A DNA stretch of 61,940 nt, counting the filler, from Collodictyon triciliatum (lineage: Eukaryota), in NCBI GenBank assembly GCA_043381765.1. It is 4 parts of 4 records of this genome, joined end to end, with 100 filler letters (N's around TTAATTAATTAA, not from the genome) between each part and the next. Parts side by side here need not be neighbours in the genome. Positions count along the whole stretch, not along the records: positions 8,571 to 35,421 come from JBHJMP010000304.1; positions 35,522 to 52,257 come from JBHJMP010000305.1; 2 more parts are not named here. One strand, 5' to 3'. Positions 35,330 through 50,100 of the stretch are shown piece after piece. The notes under the pieces were generated by a model. That model did not search any database. It was not told where the DNA came from and saw nothing but the letters and a program-made list of their open reading frames with translations. Position numbers and translations under genes: made by a program. How positions within the stretch are numbered: the first letter of the stretch is position 1; every line of letters starts with the position of its first letter.

Positions 35330-35421
35330 GATAATGATAATGATAATGATAATGATAATGATAATGATAATGATAATGATAATGATAATGATAATGATAA
35401 TGATAATGATAATGATAATGA
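35188..35421. repeat. Compound (GAT)n/(AATCAT)n/(GATAAT)n microsatellite at the contig end
   Basis: Seen directly; probably caused the assembly break. Confidence 0.95.
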
Positions 35422-35521
35422 NNNNNNNNNNNNNNNNNNNNNNNNNNNNNNNNNNNNNNNNNNNNTTAATTAATTAANNNNNNNNNNNNNNNNNNNNNNN
35501 NNNNNNNNNNNNNNNNNNNNN
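35422..35521. other. Artificial contig-joining spacer
   Basis: 44 N + TTAATTAATTAA + 44 N. Confidence 0.97.
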
Positions 35522-35620
35522 AGTAGAAAAAGTAGAAAAAGTAGAAAAAGTAGAAAAAGTAGAAAAAGTAGAAAAAGTAGAAAAAGTAGAAAAAGTAGAA
35601 AAAGTAGAAAAAGTAGAAAA
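35522..35620. repeat. 9-bp tandem repeat (AGTAGAAAA)n
   Basis: About 11 copies seen directly. Confidence 0.95.
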
Positions 35621-35976
35621 GAAGAAAAGAAGAAAAGAACAGAAAAGTGAGAAGGAAAGGAAAAATAAGTAGAGAGAAGAGGAGAAAAATATCTCAAAGA
35701 AAAAAAATATGAAGAAAATGAAGAAAAAAAAGGTTTATGTGGTTGTTGTCATATCAACGTCTGCAACTTTTCAACTTTGACGCGTCACTGAAAAATAATA
35801 ACTACCTATTTTGGTAAACTCCATATAAAGGAGTCGCTGGGATGCAATAAGCAGAGCACAGGGAGTTGGAGGGACAGACAAAAACCTTGCAACATTAATG
35901 TCGTCTCTTGTTTGTTTGTGCCTTATAAATAGAACAACGCAAACTATTATGCTTTATTCACTCACGAGCAGCACAT

Positions 35977-38847
35977 ATGGTACAGAGGGACAGAGGTTCT
36001 TTGACATAAATAATAGAGCAATCTGAAAACAACTGAGATATAGAAACTAATAAAATTGTCACCGAATGAAATTTATTTAGTTTTTTTGGCTTTAGGTTTG
36101 GAGCGTGCTAATCAGAGTAGAAATAAAGGTCTACATGAGGAAACACAGGGTTTTACTTGGCTTATTTTAAAACTTTCTATTATATGATGACCACTATCAC
36201 GAATGTTCATATTTTCCCCATATACGATTTAAAGTATCACGAATGTTGATATAATATCATCCGGTACCAACATCAGCCAATAGCTACATGGGATAGGAGA
36301 GTTTCTGATGACAGCTTATTCCCTCTAAGCCCTAATACGTTGAGATCACGTGCATACGAAGCCAAAAAAAAGGGCATTTTATTGCAGTCTGATGTTAAAG
36401 GGCTGACAGCCCTACACAGGTATATCGTACGATTAGAATTCCATGAAAATGGCTTTCCTCAAAAGCAAAGTTATTCAAGTAATATAGAAAAACTTACCTT
36501 TTTAATGATCAAAAGAGGATGTTGCCTCTTAAGGAAAAACTCATAAGCGAGATTTTGTAATTATTTCGTGAATTAAGGCATATAGTCCTACACAAAGAAA
36601 CAACACTGAATAATAGAAAGCAAAACATGCATTTTTTTTTTTATTTAGAGCGGTATCTGATGGAAAAGCTGAATCCTGCGCAGTTCTTCTTGATGCAGGA
36701 ATACCAGCAAATTTAAGAGACATTGACGGATTAACCCCAATATCTATGGCATCGACGTTGGGTTTACCAGAAATCGTCCAAGTTTTGTTGAAAAATGGAG
36801 CAGATTATGAAATACAAGATACCAGAGGACTGACTCCACTCTATAGAGCAGTTATATTCAAACATTACACATGTACCAACATTTTAATACAGGTACTATT
36901 TTATATTAATTAAAATTTTATAAGAGTACTAAATATGATAATAGGAAATTAATTGTGCAGAGTGCGAATACTTTTTTTTTTTTTTTAAAAAAAAAATTAC
37001 AAACAGGCTGGAGCAAATTTTAATTTGAGATGGGAAAAGAATAAACAACCTATTCATTGCGCTGCCAGAAATGGGGATGAAGAAACTCTATCCTGCCTCC
37101 TGAATTATGGAGCAGACTATTCAACAAAGGTATGAGAAACATAAAATACAGTTGATGTATCTTAATAAATTATTTACCTTACAGGATGATGAAGGATTTC
37201 TTCCCATTCATTATGCAAGTGCTTCAGGGTCTGTGACGTGCGTTAGGTATAAAAAATACAGCTATCCCCTATGAATTTTATTTAATATATAAAAAATGCA
37301 CAGAGAGCTTTTAAAGGTTGGGTCTGATATCAATTCATTGAGCTTTTCAAATATAACGTGCCTACACCTCGCTGTTGGGGAGGGAGAGGAATATCTTGGT
37401 AAGATTTTTTTTTTACAATTTTCTTCTTCTGCACTAGGTTAATATAAATTTTTAGTGAATACTATAATCTGCGCTGACAATAGGTTCATCAGTGCATATT
37501 ATTCTTATTTTAATTAGATTTTAACACCTTATAGTTCAATTTTTACTACAAAAAATGAGCGAAAAATCAATCAATATGCAAGATGATAAAGGAAATACAG
37601 CTGTAATGTGGGCCATTGATAATGGAAGATTAGATATCGTGAGATGTCTGATAAAATCGAAAAAAATCGACTTGAGATTGAAAAACAGGTTGGAGAGCCA
37701 AAAAAATTTCCATGCGTATCTTCAAACTCGTGATATATGGTGTTAAAATAATTTAACAAAAATATGAAATTATAGAGGAGGAAATACAGCTTTTTTGAAA
37801 GCCTGTAAGGTCGGGGATTTGGAAATTCTAAAGGTATTTACTCTTTTATACCAAATATGGTTTATAAGCAACCGAATATTGATAAATTCTGTGTAAACCA
37901 TATTAAATACGAACGCAATGGTAATTTAGTTTAATTATATATTTAGCTTATGGTATCTGTTGAAAGAGATGTTTTGATTGATTGCAATGAAGAAGGGAGA
38001 AATTGCCTCCACTTGGCGTCGTTTTATAGTCGTTTTGAAATTCTCGAGTACCTTCTTTCTCAAAGGCTTGCTTTGTATTGCAGAGATAATTTTGGATATC
38101 TTCCGATACACCTGGCTGCTCAAGCGTATTTCTCAATTCGCATTCATTTTCAAGTTGAAATTAATTTGAGATTAATTCTTCCAGATACACAAGGCAGATG
38201 TGTATTGATGCGACTATAATGTAATAAATGTACTTAAGCACATAAACTAAATTAAAAACAAACAAATTTCAATATTTTTTTAGAGGTTCTTCAGAATGTA
38301 TTCGACTCATCGGAGAGAAGGGATTTAATTTAAATGAAAAAGATAATGCTACGCATACCCCGCTTTGGTGGTCTTGTCGATCTGGTCATTTAAATTGTGC
38401 CAAAGAGATTCTTCATTTTGTAAATGATATTGAGTTTGTAGATCATAATGGACAAAGCCTCGCGATGACAGGTTTCTAATCATGAATATTACACTGAATT
38501 CTATAAAATTTTAATCAAAAGCAAAAATATTCAAATAGCGGCTACTTACGGTAGAAAAGATTTGGTTTCATTTTTTATTCAAAACGGTTGCAATATTTTT
38601 CAAAAAGACACGATGGGTCGGTCTCTGGTCCACCTCTTGGCGGCAAACGGTAAACAAACAAACAAACAAACAAACAAACAAACAAACAAACAAACAAACA
38701 AACAAACAAACAAACAAACAAACAAACAAACAAACAAACAAACAAACNNNNNNNNNNNNNNNNNNNNNNNNNNNNNNNNNNNNNNNNNNNNNNNNNNNNN
38801 NNNNNNNNNNNNNNNNNNNNNNNNNNNNNNNNNNNNNNNNNNNNNNN

Positions 38848-38945
<98 letters not shown>

Positions 38946-41900
38946 AAAAGAAAATAAAAAGAATCGAAATATTAACACTAATCCTATAAAAAGGCTATAA
39001 CGACTTGATAGTTGAAGTTGTTAAAAAAGGACAAGATTTAAATTTGAAAACAAAATCTGGACTTCAACCAATAGACTTTGCCAGAAGGCAAGGTATGAAA
39101 TATATCAAGTATCAAACAGCTTTTTGAAAGTCGACACTTCCTTTTGAAAACATGTAATTTTTAGACCAAAAAATTTCATAGGTAATTTTGATACAGTGAA
39201 ATTAATCGAAAATCTAAAGTCCGGCTCAAATGTTTCGATAGGGTTGACCGTAAGTTAATAAAAATTAATGAAATAGCTCGATTTATATTTAATTATGAAA
39301 ACATGTAAAATAGGACGAGGAAATCGAAAAAGCAACACCAAATATTCATTAAATTAATTTTATTGATTTAAATAAAAGAATATAGCAGTATCACAATTTT
39401 TCGCATAATTTAAAAAATAAATAAATAGGAATATTAGCCAATTATCAAACGAATTTAAGACACAGAAGGGTAAGTGTACACTAATCGTAGATATTTCTTT
39501 GTCAAAGATTTTACTAATGAATATTTAGTTTTCAAGAGATTTTTTCGATTTGGAGATGTTGTAAAAAATGAGTCGTGCTTCATCGAGCTGTCAAAGGTTT
39601 TCATTAATAATTGAACGAATGCTAATTTTACCCATGGGATGTGAATTATTCACATGAATCATATATCTAGGAAAAAATTAAGTACAAAAATGTTGGAAAG
39701 AAGACAATATTTAAGAAAATATACCACTCTGGAATCACGGTAATATGCTATGTCACCAAAAAAAAAAAAAAGAATTCCAATTTTAATTGCATTTTGTTAA
39801 GGCGACAACAGTATCGGATGAAAAGACAGTTATATTGGATGGACTTGCACCCAATACCATTAGACTTATCGGTTTCGTCTATTTTATTTTGGAAATTATT
39901 GATCAATATATTTTTTTAATTCATTCGATTGAAAGGTTATTGATATATAATAATGTATATTTCTCACGAATAAATTAAGGAAAATTTTGTGATAAAACTT
40001 TATGCTATCGATAGGGGAATCAACGGATATATCAAGTTTCCTATTTTCACTGAATGTAGTTTTGGTTTCCAAGGTTCATTTACACATAGAAATAGAATAC
40101 TTATCATGCTATCGACAATTTTTTCGCCCATAATTATCAAAATGATTGCAATTTTTTAAGACGATTAATCAATATCTGTGACCAAAAACACTATTACGTA
40201 GGGATTCAATAACGAAAACAAGCGTAATGAAATTTAAATGATGGGTTAAATTTGATGTCACATTTTATTGATATTGAAGTCCAATTGTGATAGCTGAATA
40301 ACATATTTAAAAATCAACAGGAGATAAAATATATCTGCAACGGCAGAGTAGTAGGTATGGTATATAGTGATGAGGATATTCAACAAAAATTCTAAATAAT
40401 TTTACATTATAGATCTCTAACAGCCAGCGCATCTAGTTTTACACCAGAAGATTTGAAATATATTAAAAGGTAATAATTAAAAGTGAAAACGAACGTAAAC
40501 TAAATGAACATTCAGGTACGAAATGTTTTCGAAAATAATTGGAGACATGGGGGATGACGCTTACTTACAATATTTGACGGATGTGAAAGAGGTACTTATA
40601 CGCATATATATAATCAGAAATTACCTTTCAACCAAGGCATAAAACAATTACGTCATACCGTAAAAAAATCCAAACCCCTTCCTTCCTTTGAATCGAATAA
40701 AGGGAAAATAAAATCAGAAATTGCTAAAATTTACACAGAATAATGCAATTATAATTATTTTGGAGTTACAGATTAATCGATCAAGTTCTGTAAGATTTAA
40801 TGAGCATGGTTTATCAAAAAATCCAGAGGTGATTAAATATGATTCTATAGTATGAAAAAAAAAAAGCTAATTATGATTTCAATAAATAGAAATTTCCTCT
40901 GAAAGCAAAGAAATGGGAGAAGAAAAGGTTATACCATTAAGTACATTTAAATATATTCGACTATAAGCCTCTAAACCAATTAAAGACCAGTTATAGGGGA
41001 AATAAAGATTAGTATAAATCAAGGTAACTTAACATCATTTATGATTAATATGAATATTTAGTGACTACAATTCGTAAAAATAGATACAATTGAAAAAAAG
41101 TGCATCGATTTCCCAAAGAAAAATCATAGCGTTATGAGATCATTCAGGATCGAGAGCAAAAACAGGCCTGGTTGAATAATATTTCCATGGAATTCAGGAA
41201 AAATTTATCAAAGTTTTAAATTTTGTCAAAAATAAAATATGGATCTTATTTTTAAAGTTTCCGAGGAGGCAATCGTGAAAAGGGATGATATTGATTTGAA
41301 AAATAATACGACTCATATAAATGCGTCCCTCAATATTCTACCTCCACCACCTCCACCACCTCCACCACCGCCACAGCTACTTACTTCAAAAAATAGTTCT
41401 GGAGGTATTCTCAATTAATTATCTAATTTCTTAAAAATAAAAAGAAATATGATTTAATTAAAGAAAAATTCAGTTTTTCCTTTACTATTCCATTGACTGA
41501 TTAAATTTATTTAGAAAGGAAAAAATATCGTGGGGTGATGTGGTCCAAGATTAGCCAGACAACAATAAAAGGTACCCATTTTTTTTTTTACTTATTTTTG
41601 ATTCGGACAAGATGTGAATTAAACACCTAGATACATTCCACATAAATTTTGATTTTTAAGGTCATGGGAATATTTGATTCTCAATATGTAAAAAATTACT
41701 TTAAAAGACAGTATCTGGGATTACCAAGCAGCTGAATTCGATGATCATTCAGATATTTTTTCAATTGATTCAAAATCAATCGATGAATTGTTCTTGCTAA
41801 ATGAGGAATCAAAACATGGTATGTGATTATATAATCAGAATATGGCTAAAAATAAAATAGATTTTTTACAAAGACAAGAAGGATCAAAAAGAGGAATCTC

Positions 41901-43700
41901 TGAAGTAATTGATTCAAGAAAATTGATGAACTTGGGTAAGAATGATTCTGATCATTTTCATTTGAACAAAGTAATCTGATACAAATTTATAGGAATCTTT
42001 TTTCCCTTTATTCGAAATTTTTTAGGAATCTTATTATCAAGTCTGAAGATAAATCATTCAAGTTTAGTAGATAGTTTAAACGAATTGAAATTAATGCCTG
42101 ATCAGGGGTTCACTTTGGAGTTTTTAAAAGGTTTGTTCTATTTTATTGAATACTGAATAATACAGCGTATAAATGATTGAATGTATAATCAAGGAATGTT
42201 AAAATGTCTCCCGAGTGATGATGAGGTAAATTCAATTTTTTTTATCTATATCATTATCCGAATTTCGTTTTAAATAAAGATTAAGCTAATAAATAATTAT
42301 TGAGGTATCTAATATGCGGTCTTGTAAACAACTTGAAGCTTCTGGAGAAGTAGAAGAGTTTCTAAAGGCGGTAAGTCTATTGAAGATACTGTTTCTAAAA
42401 AGTAGATACACTCATAAAAATTGGCCTTGTTTGTTAGATTTGTATAGAGAACAATTTCATGACCAAGATAGAGCTCACTTTGATATCTCACACACTACCT
42501 GCGAGAATAAATACATTGGTTGAGGTTTGTATTGTTGATTTGTTATTTAAGTCAGGCACAGAAAATAACAAACAATAACTAGAACATAGATACCATATCA
42601 GTGGCTGCAGAGGAAATCATGGCTAGTAGATCTTTGAAAAAGTTATTTAAGGTAACTATGCGATTCAAACTAGAAACTGTAGAATCACAATTATTTTTAA
42701 AAAAAAATAATTGGAAAAAATAGGTTGCATTGGAGCTTGGAAACTTTCTGAATAATGGAACAAATCGAGGAAATGCTGTTGGATTCAGTATTTCAAGTCT
42801 TAGAAAGGTAAATTTTAGTACTATCTTTATCAGCTTTAATATCACAGACTCAATCAAGAAACAGTTCTTCGATGCAAGGTCTGTAGATTTATGTTCGACA
42901 GTTGGAGATTTTCTAAGAGAGAAAATCCAGTCTTCAAGCCCTAGCTTGATGGATAGATTATGCGAAGAATTACAATACATATCGAAGGCTAAAAACAGTA
43001 ATTATATTTTTTTAAGAACGGTAATAAAATTAAATATAAAAAATATCAATAGTTTTAATGAAACTCAAATTCCTTGACAAAGTTCAAGTTGCAGGTTTAT
43101 TTTCAGAGTTTTCATCCGTTGGTGATGAATTACAAAAATTCAAAGAAATTGAAATAAATCGTGCTGATGGTTCATTTTCTAACTTGCAGTTTTTGGAAAC
43201 AGCTAAAGTAATTTTTAACCCTGTTTTGGATTTTTACTTCATAATCTGAAATGGAATACAGTTCAATAAAATAGAAAATAGAAAATAGAAAATAGAAAAT
43301 AGAAAATAGAAAATAGAAAATAGAAAATAGAAAATAGAAAATAGAAAATAGAAAATAGAAAATAGAAAAAAAGAAAATAGAAAATAGAAAATAAGAAACG
43401 AACAAATAAAAAATTCTGCCACGTAATCTTGTAGGAGATTGAGAGCAAAATCCTAGATGCCTACCATTCAGCCAGTCTAGCGGTTTGTATTGATTAGATA
43501 TAAAAAAATTTTTTTATGAGGTAGTATTGGGAATCACGTATATTTTAGATTTCAGAACTGCGGGTTTCGATTGCTGATGTTATGGCGTATCTGGGCGTGG
43601 AATCTAAAGTATGTAACTATTCATCCGCAGTGATGGAATGCACAACACATCGTTCATGCCCTTGTGTTTTGCTATCTTTCCTGTATTATTATCCGTCATC

Positions 43701-43734
<34 letters not shown>

Positions 43735-43850
43735 AACTGAAAGAAAATTGCCACACTTCACCACCACAATCTTTGCAGACTGAACCCTTGGATGAAGTAT
43801 TTGGCGACATATACTTCTTTTGCCACAAAATCAACCCTGCTCTTCTCTGA
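35977..43850 (+). CDS. Ankyrin-repeat region followed by formin FH1 (poly-Pro) and FH2 domains; probably a single ANK-formin gene
   Basis: Roughly 13 ANK repeats across 36.3-39.2 kb (GLTALHRA, GLTPISMA, GFLPIHYA, GNTAVMWA, GRNCLHLA...); poly-Pro at 41340-41373; FH2 motifs VMWSKI..SIW, IDELF, VIDSRKLMNLGILLSSL, LELGNFLNNGTNRGNAVGFSISSLRK, MAYLG..EPLDEVFGDIYFF; TGA at 43848-43850. The start codon and the junction at 39250-39430 are uncertain. Confidence 0.8.
38652..38943. repeat. (AAAC)n plus poly-A flanking a 100-N gap, intronic
   Basis: Seen directly. Confidence 0.9.
43268..43392. repeat. 7-bp tandem repeat (AAAATAG)n in a formin intron
   Basis: Seen directly. Confidence 0.95.
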
Positions 43851-44213
43851 TTGCCTTAAATGATACGAAATGAGAACTCTGCCCTTATCTGGACGCATCG
43901 CAGGCACCCCTGATCGGTTTTTGATCGCACACCAAGATGTCTTCTGAAGGCATCGCAGCAAAGGAGCCGAAGGCAGAGGAGATCAGAAAAAGAAAAAGAA
44001 TAAAAAAAAAAAAAAGTGAGAAAAAAATCAACAAAAAGAAAAAACCGAACAAAAAAACATCAAGAATAAAAAAGTGCCAGAATAAAGTAAAAGAGAGGAT
44101 TGCCCGTAGACCCACCTGTAATTTGAAGAAAACTTGTGTGTTTACAGGAAAGAGGGCTCATATAACAAAAAAATAAAAAAATAAATAAATAAATAAAAGC
44201 CAAAGAAGTTCGG

Positions 44214-46594
44214 ATGAGCAGAAGGCCGCAACAAAATCTACCAGCAAACTACTCAGCCGGCAAGAGCGGGTTAGTGGCAAGTCCCCTACTTTATCTCATT
44301 CTGCATATACATATCTTCTACATCTTTTCGCACGGCTGCTTGTCTGTATCTCACACGCCCCCAAAACGCGTCAAATCCTACCTCGGCTCATTTACCTCCG
44401 CATGATGAAACCAAAATACATACATTAATAGAGGACGTTCTCAGCGATACGGAAAAAGCTATGGCTCGCTACCGCCTGAAGCAACTGTGCGCATCGCCAC
44501 CAATAAATATAGTAATCCTTACTAAAACATCGTATTGAATGCTACCAAGAAAGAAAAATGAAAGTAAAGAAAGAAAACTAGTGGCGTAACAGACACAAGC
44601 CAAGCTTGTTGTGAAAAAGCCAACATAAGATCGAGAGGCCTACGATTTTTTTTCAAGAATTTATGTGAAAATACCTCTTCCTCTCACAAATACATTGCCG
44701 CATCGCTCTGATTAATCATTTTGATTCGATTGTATGTGTATTATGATTTACATACTTTATTTTCCCTAGTGATTATTGATGAATATGAGGCTCCGCAGAG
44801 TTTCTCAGGAGACGATAAAATGCAATCTGTAGCAGGGGTTTTGTATGATTCCATCGCTGAGAGGTATCCTAGCAAGCATTATTTCATCCAATTTCATTTA
44901 CCTTCATGTTTCGTTTCATTTTAATATAATCAATTTTTGTCATAATCGGATGGACTATATCAAAACAGTTTATATCCATAAGCTTGCATGGATTAAAAAA
45001 ATCGAAGGTGTTTCAAAACATCATATTTGATGATAAATTAAAAAGTAAAAAAAAAGTCAATCGAATGTTTAGTGTACGGAAACCTGAAAGGGTCAAATGC
45101 GATGCTATGGAAGATACAACATATATAGGGTCCAGCCGAAAGTTTTGTTTCTGCCTTAGAAGTGAACCAGAGCCAGAAAATGCGTACATTTTTAATTATA
45201 ATTATAATTTTTTCCTTTATTCAATTCCAATTATAATCATAAATAAAAGTTTAACTTCTTTTTAATTGTTGACCCTAATCCTTACGTTTCCTTTCTCTAT
45301 AGGGACTCTCTTCCTAACCCCACAGAAGTATTTCAATTCATTCGTTCAGTAATTCGAACAGCAAGTAATATTTTAGGCTGAAAGCCAGTCGAATCCTTCT
45401 ATATACGCTTGTTGCTAGGACTTATTTCTAAGATTAATCGCACCATTACAGAAATGAGCTACGACGTCTCTATTGTTGGGCTGATATTGGTCGAAAGGTT
45501 CATTTCCTTGTAAATGATCGTGTTACACAATACTTTACATTTTTTTAGCACATACACAGCACAGAAAATAATCTAATTTGGCCATTTTGGATCTAAATGT
45601 CCATATATCTTGAACATGAAATATCAGGTTCACGAAGAAAGCTAATATAATCTTGAGTATCAGTAATTGGCGTCCTATTGTTTTGTCATCCATGATTGTT
45701 GCATGCAAAACTTGGGGTGATGATGAAGTGAGTACATTCTGACAGGAACCACGAGGATTTACTCCGGTTTCCTAGTCATTTTTCGTTAAGGAATCTAATT
45801 AAAAATAATTTTGTAGGTAAGATTCTGCAACGCTCATCTTTCTCGCAATTATAAGATAACGGAATTTTCGTTGAAGCAGATAAACTCTTTTGAAAAATAT
45901 TTCTTAGAGATAATCCAATACGATGTATCCGTGACCTCGGCTTTGTATGTTATTCCTCTATTAGTCCAAAAAAATTCTGAAGTCATTCTTTGTTATCATT
46001 ATTTATTTATACCTCTGCCGATTTGTTCAATTTTGCGAGGCGTGAGTCTTGCCTCTACTTCATGATTCTAGTAATTATTGTTTGTTTGTTTGTTTGTTTG
46101 TTTGTTTGTTTGTTTGTTTGTTTGTTTGTTTGTTTGTTTGTTTGTTTGTTTGTTTGTTTGTTTGTTTGTTTGTTTGTGTAACAAGTTACCGCAGTATTCA
46201 AATATTGATTGGCTATTTGCATTTGCTAGGTATTCGCATTATTACTTTGGTATTATTGGCAAAACAACTCAAAGCGAATCTAACAATTTCCGTACCAAGT
46301 ACTACGGACGGTCAAACATGGCCGAAAATATTGCAGGAGGGCCGCGCTTTGGGGTGAGCCGCTTTAAATATCACCATTTGCGTTTGGATTTTCTTTTTAT
46401 ATCGCTTCAGAAAGTAACATTAATTTAAATTCAAGTGTGCTGAAAGCAAACCTTCTTTTATTGTATATTTTGTTTTTATATATTTTTTTCTTTTTTTTCT
46501 TAATACTTCTGTTTAGGGTTTGGGAAGCCAGGCAGCCTTATTCCCCGGCCAATCTGCCGTGGGTGAAGAATACTTCCAAATTCCTGAGATATAG
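44214..46594 (+). CDS. Cyclin-Y-like cyclin
   Basis: About 10 exons. Cyclin box EVFQFIRSVIRTAKMSYDVSIVGLILVERF..SNWRPIVLSSMIVACKTWGDDE..FCN..LKQINSFEKYFLEIIQYDVSVTSALYSHYYF matches the cyclin Y family pattern; TAG at 46592-46594. Confidence 0.85.
46078..46177. repeat. (GTTT)n microsatellite, intronic
   Basis: Seen directly. Confidence 0.95.
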
Positions 46595-47132
46595 GCAGTA
46601 CCGCATCATAATAATTTCATTTCGTAAGATACAGCAAACTAAAATGCACAAACTTTATCTCTAATCATATTTCAAAGCTAGAAGATTTGTTGTAGCAGTA
46701 GATTCATGGCATTCTCTTCTATTCCTTTTATAAACCAGACCGAAAAGCTATATAGCTCTACTATTCATATACAAAATCCTTTGTCCATAGATATCTGCGT
46801 AGCTGCCGGTCGCATCCCAATCGCCGTGAATCCTAAAGTGTTCAGAGTAGGATTTGCGGCAAGACAAAGAAAATTTCGTCTAATATTGGGACATCACGTT
46901 CTTATATCACTATAAATGTGTACTATTAAAAAAAAGAAAAAAAGAAAGGAAGCTGGAATACGATAATCATATTTTTACATTTTTTTAATCATCACTTTTA
47001 TTACTTTAAACAATAATAAATAAAATGGTGTTGCAACACATTAGAATGATACACATACAAATTAAGATAAGAAAAACAACAAGTATAGAGTCATCATATG
47101 GCTGGATTTATTCTGTTCCTTTCTGCGTCGTC

Positions 47133-50100
47133 TCAGTCAAAAGCGACAACTGGAAGGCAACGGTGATACGGATATGTATCACGAACAGTGTTGATGGAAG
47201 CTGTTTGGGGGCTCATGATTTTCGTCATGTTAACACGCATCAGGATTTCACACTATTGATTGTTGATTACAAATGTGAATCAGTAGTTTGAGCCATTTAT
47301 CGCAATCAAGCTGCATAGTATCATAATCACTTTTTATTTCTTTTTCACGCAAGACAAACAAACGAAAAATGTTTGGAATAGTAATAGAACAAAATAATCG
47401 CTAATCACCCATAGGATAGTATTTATGAATAAGCAAACTAACCTTTCGAATTTGTTCAAATTGCGTGTTCATCTCTGGCAAAAAAGTAGCGGCGTGCTTT
47501 TTTAATTTCTCCAGTGTGCTTTTACACATCGTGAGAGATTCCAGCGCGTACAAATATATCTCAACAGCCTACGAGGATTGCAAGGTTAATTATTGGGGAT
47601 AAGAACACCTTTTTACATAAAAAGATAAAAAAAAACCAAAATAATAATAATAGTCCTAGCAGATGCCTTGGCTTTGGTCATCGCAAGCTGTTCACAATAG
47701 TTATAACATCGCAATAATATGAAGAGTAACAATAGTTTACCGGTTTACTCTTTATTTTCATGAAGTTGAAATACTGTTCAATCCCTTCAACCATGGGGAA
47801 ACGAAGGCGAGAAAATGGGCTCATACGATATTCAAAGTTTTTCTCGATGGAGCCATATTTCAATGTTGTCGAGTGGGCTTTATACCGAGGGTCTGCCCGC
47901 ACAGCATTTGAAAGCTAGGCAAGGTGGATATGTTACGGTAATTATGCCTCCCATTTTGCATGCCTAATACAACAAAGTGCGCAAGTAAAGGCTACAACCA
48001 ATAAGCAAGATAAAAATTCACTCACATGCACATACGCTTGGTAGTAGTATTGCAGTGCTTCTGTGAGTAAGGATGCCACTGTGATTTGAATGGGGACGGA
48101 TTCCTCTTGGCTGCGTTTGTCTTTCTTTTTCTTTCCAGACTCATCTTCGGTAAGTCACAAGATTATATGGTCAGCAATTTGTTCATAAATATCACTAGAA
48201 GAAAAAAAAAGAAAAAAGAAAAAAGAAAAAAGAAAAAAGAAAAAAGAAAAAAGAAAAAAGAAAAAAGAAAAAAGAAAAAAGAAAAAAGAAAAAAGAAAAA
48301 AAAAGAAAAAAGAAAAAAAGAAAAAAGAAAAAAGAAAAAAGAAAAAAGAAAAAAGAAAAAAGAAAAAAGAAAAAAGAAAAAAAGAAAAAAAGAAATATAT
48401 ATAAAAAAAAAGGGAAAAGAGACAGAGTAATGGAAATATTCAAACTCTGGACGGTAACCAATAAATGTGGGATTATCGTTCATATTCGTATGAAATAAAA
48501 CGTAGTCTCTCACTTTGTTGCTGCGAGTTGTCTGGAAAAATTATAGAGTACAAATGTGAATCGGAGCGGCATACATGCTCAGCCCACCATGAAATAAAAG
48601 ACATTTCTGAAGGATGGTAAAGCTCCAATTCATATCCAAGTAGAATAATAAATTTCGAAATGAAAACAGTGTATCTCGCTGTCCAGACTGACATTGGCTG
48701 CAAGTTTAATAAAGTCATCACAATAATTAAATTAATGCCATAAATAAGTAAAATTGTGGCTAATAGGCGTAAATTTAACCTCCCGAAACGAGTGCACATA
48801 AAGTGGTGTATATTGGGGGTTACCTCTTCGAATCTAAAGTTGAGCGGGGATAGAGCCTCATCTGTTTTCAGAGCCTAATAAAAATCATGCGGTTCATATG
48901 AAATGAAACGAATAAATGGGATATAAGAGAAAAGGATTTGGTATTAAAGATTGTATTGAAATTCAGATTTACATCGTCCTGTAGGCTGACCCACGAATCA
49001 ATATGGTTAATAAGCTTTCTGCGAATACGCCCACGGTTATTGCATAATATGCGGAATAGAACAAGGATATTCTGTCCCAAGAATAATTTTAATGAAAAAA
49101 AAATTCATAGAAAAGAAAAGATACATTACATATTTACACTGATTTTCAATTTCTACAATTTAGCTCAAGATAAAAACATGCGGCTGACCGTTGTGGCTTT
49201 CTCAGTAAATGCCTTTGTATATTCGCTCTCTGTGATTTGTTTTGGAAAGCGCATAATCGACATGTCATCCAACACAAGTGCAGAGAGGGGTATCTTTCCG
49301 AACACCATCTTATTTCGTGAATTTGGAACCCAAATAAGCTAGATTTTTTTTGACTTTAGTGCTCTTTTCAAATCAAATACATATGAATAAAGCACATAAC
49401 TTGAATCGAATGCAAAGGGGAAACATAAAGAAAAAATACATATATATTGGTAATCATATTTCAATCACTAAATTCATGTATGTTATTTGGATCAAATGAA
49501 TAATTAGCTCACTGCAGCTATTGAGCGAGTGATAGCATCAGGGAATTGTGATATAACAAAAACGAAGAAATCACTAATATCGTTAAGGGACGACAGTGAA
49601 ACCAAGTGTAGAAGTCGCTGAATGTTCTGGAGGATATCACTGAAGAATCTCAAAGACTATTTTATAAGAAATAATATCAATTAGTTAAAGGGTCCGTAAT
49701 AGTGGGTTAAGATGGCAAAAGATAGCAGACTAATTAAGAATACTCAGCTTGAAATATTTTGGGTAAAAAAATGCCTCTTTCTTTTTTTCTTTTAAAGTAT
49801 TAATATTCTACGTGATGTGTATTTGAAATTTAACCTCCTCAAATGACTTTTTTCTGATTTCCTTAAGGGGACTGGCACCAAGCTGGCGGAAATTGATAGC
49901 GGCATCAAATATACCACTTGGGAGTGGCGCAGTTGCATGACTTGAGCGAATGATGGGAATCTGTTGAGGGATATCAGTATAATAAAATTAGAAAAAAAAT
50001 GAGAACGAAAAATAGACAGAAATCTCAGACCATCAAATGCAATGTGACATGTGTCCTTTATCTTCGATAATAATGAATGCACCATTGTTTTTAATATAAA

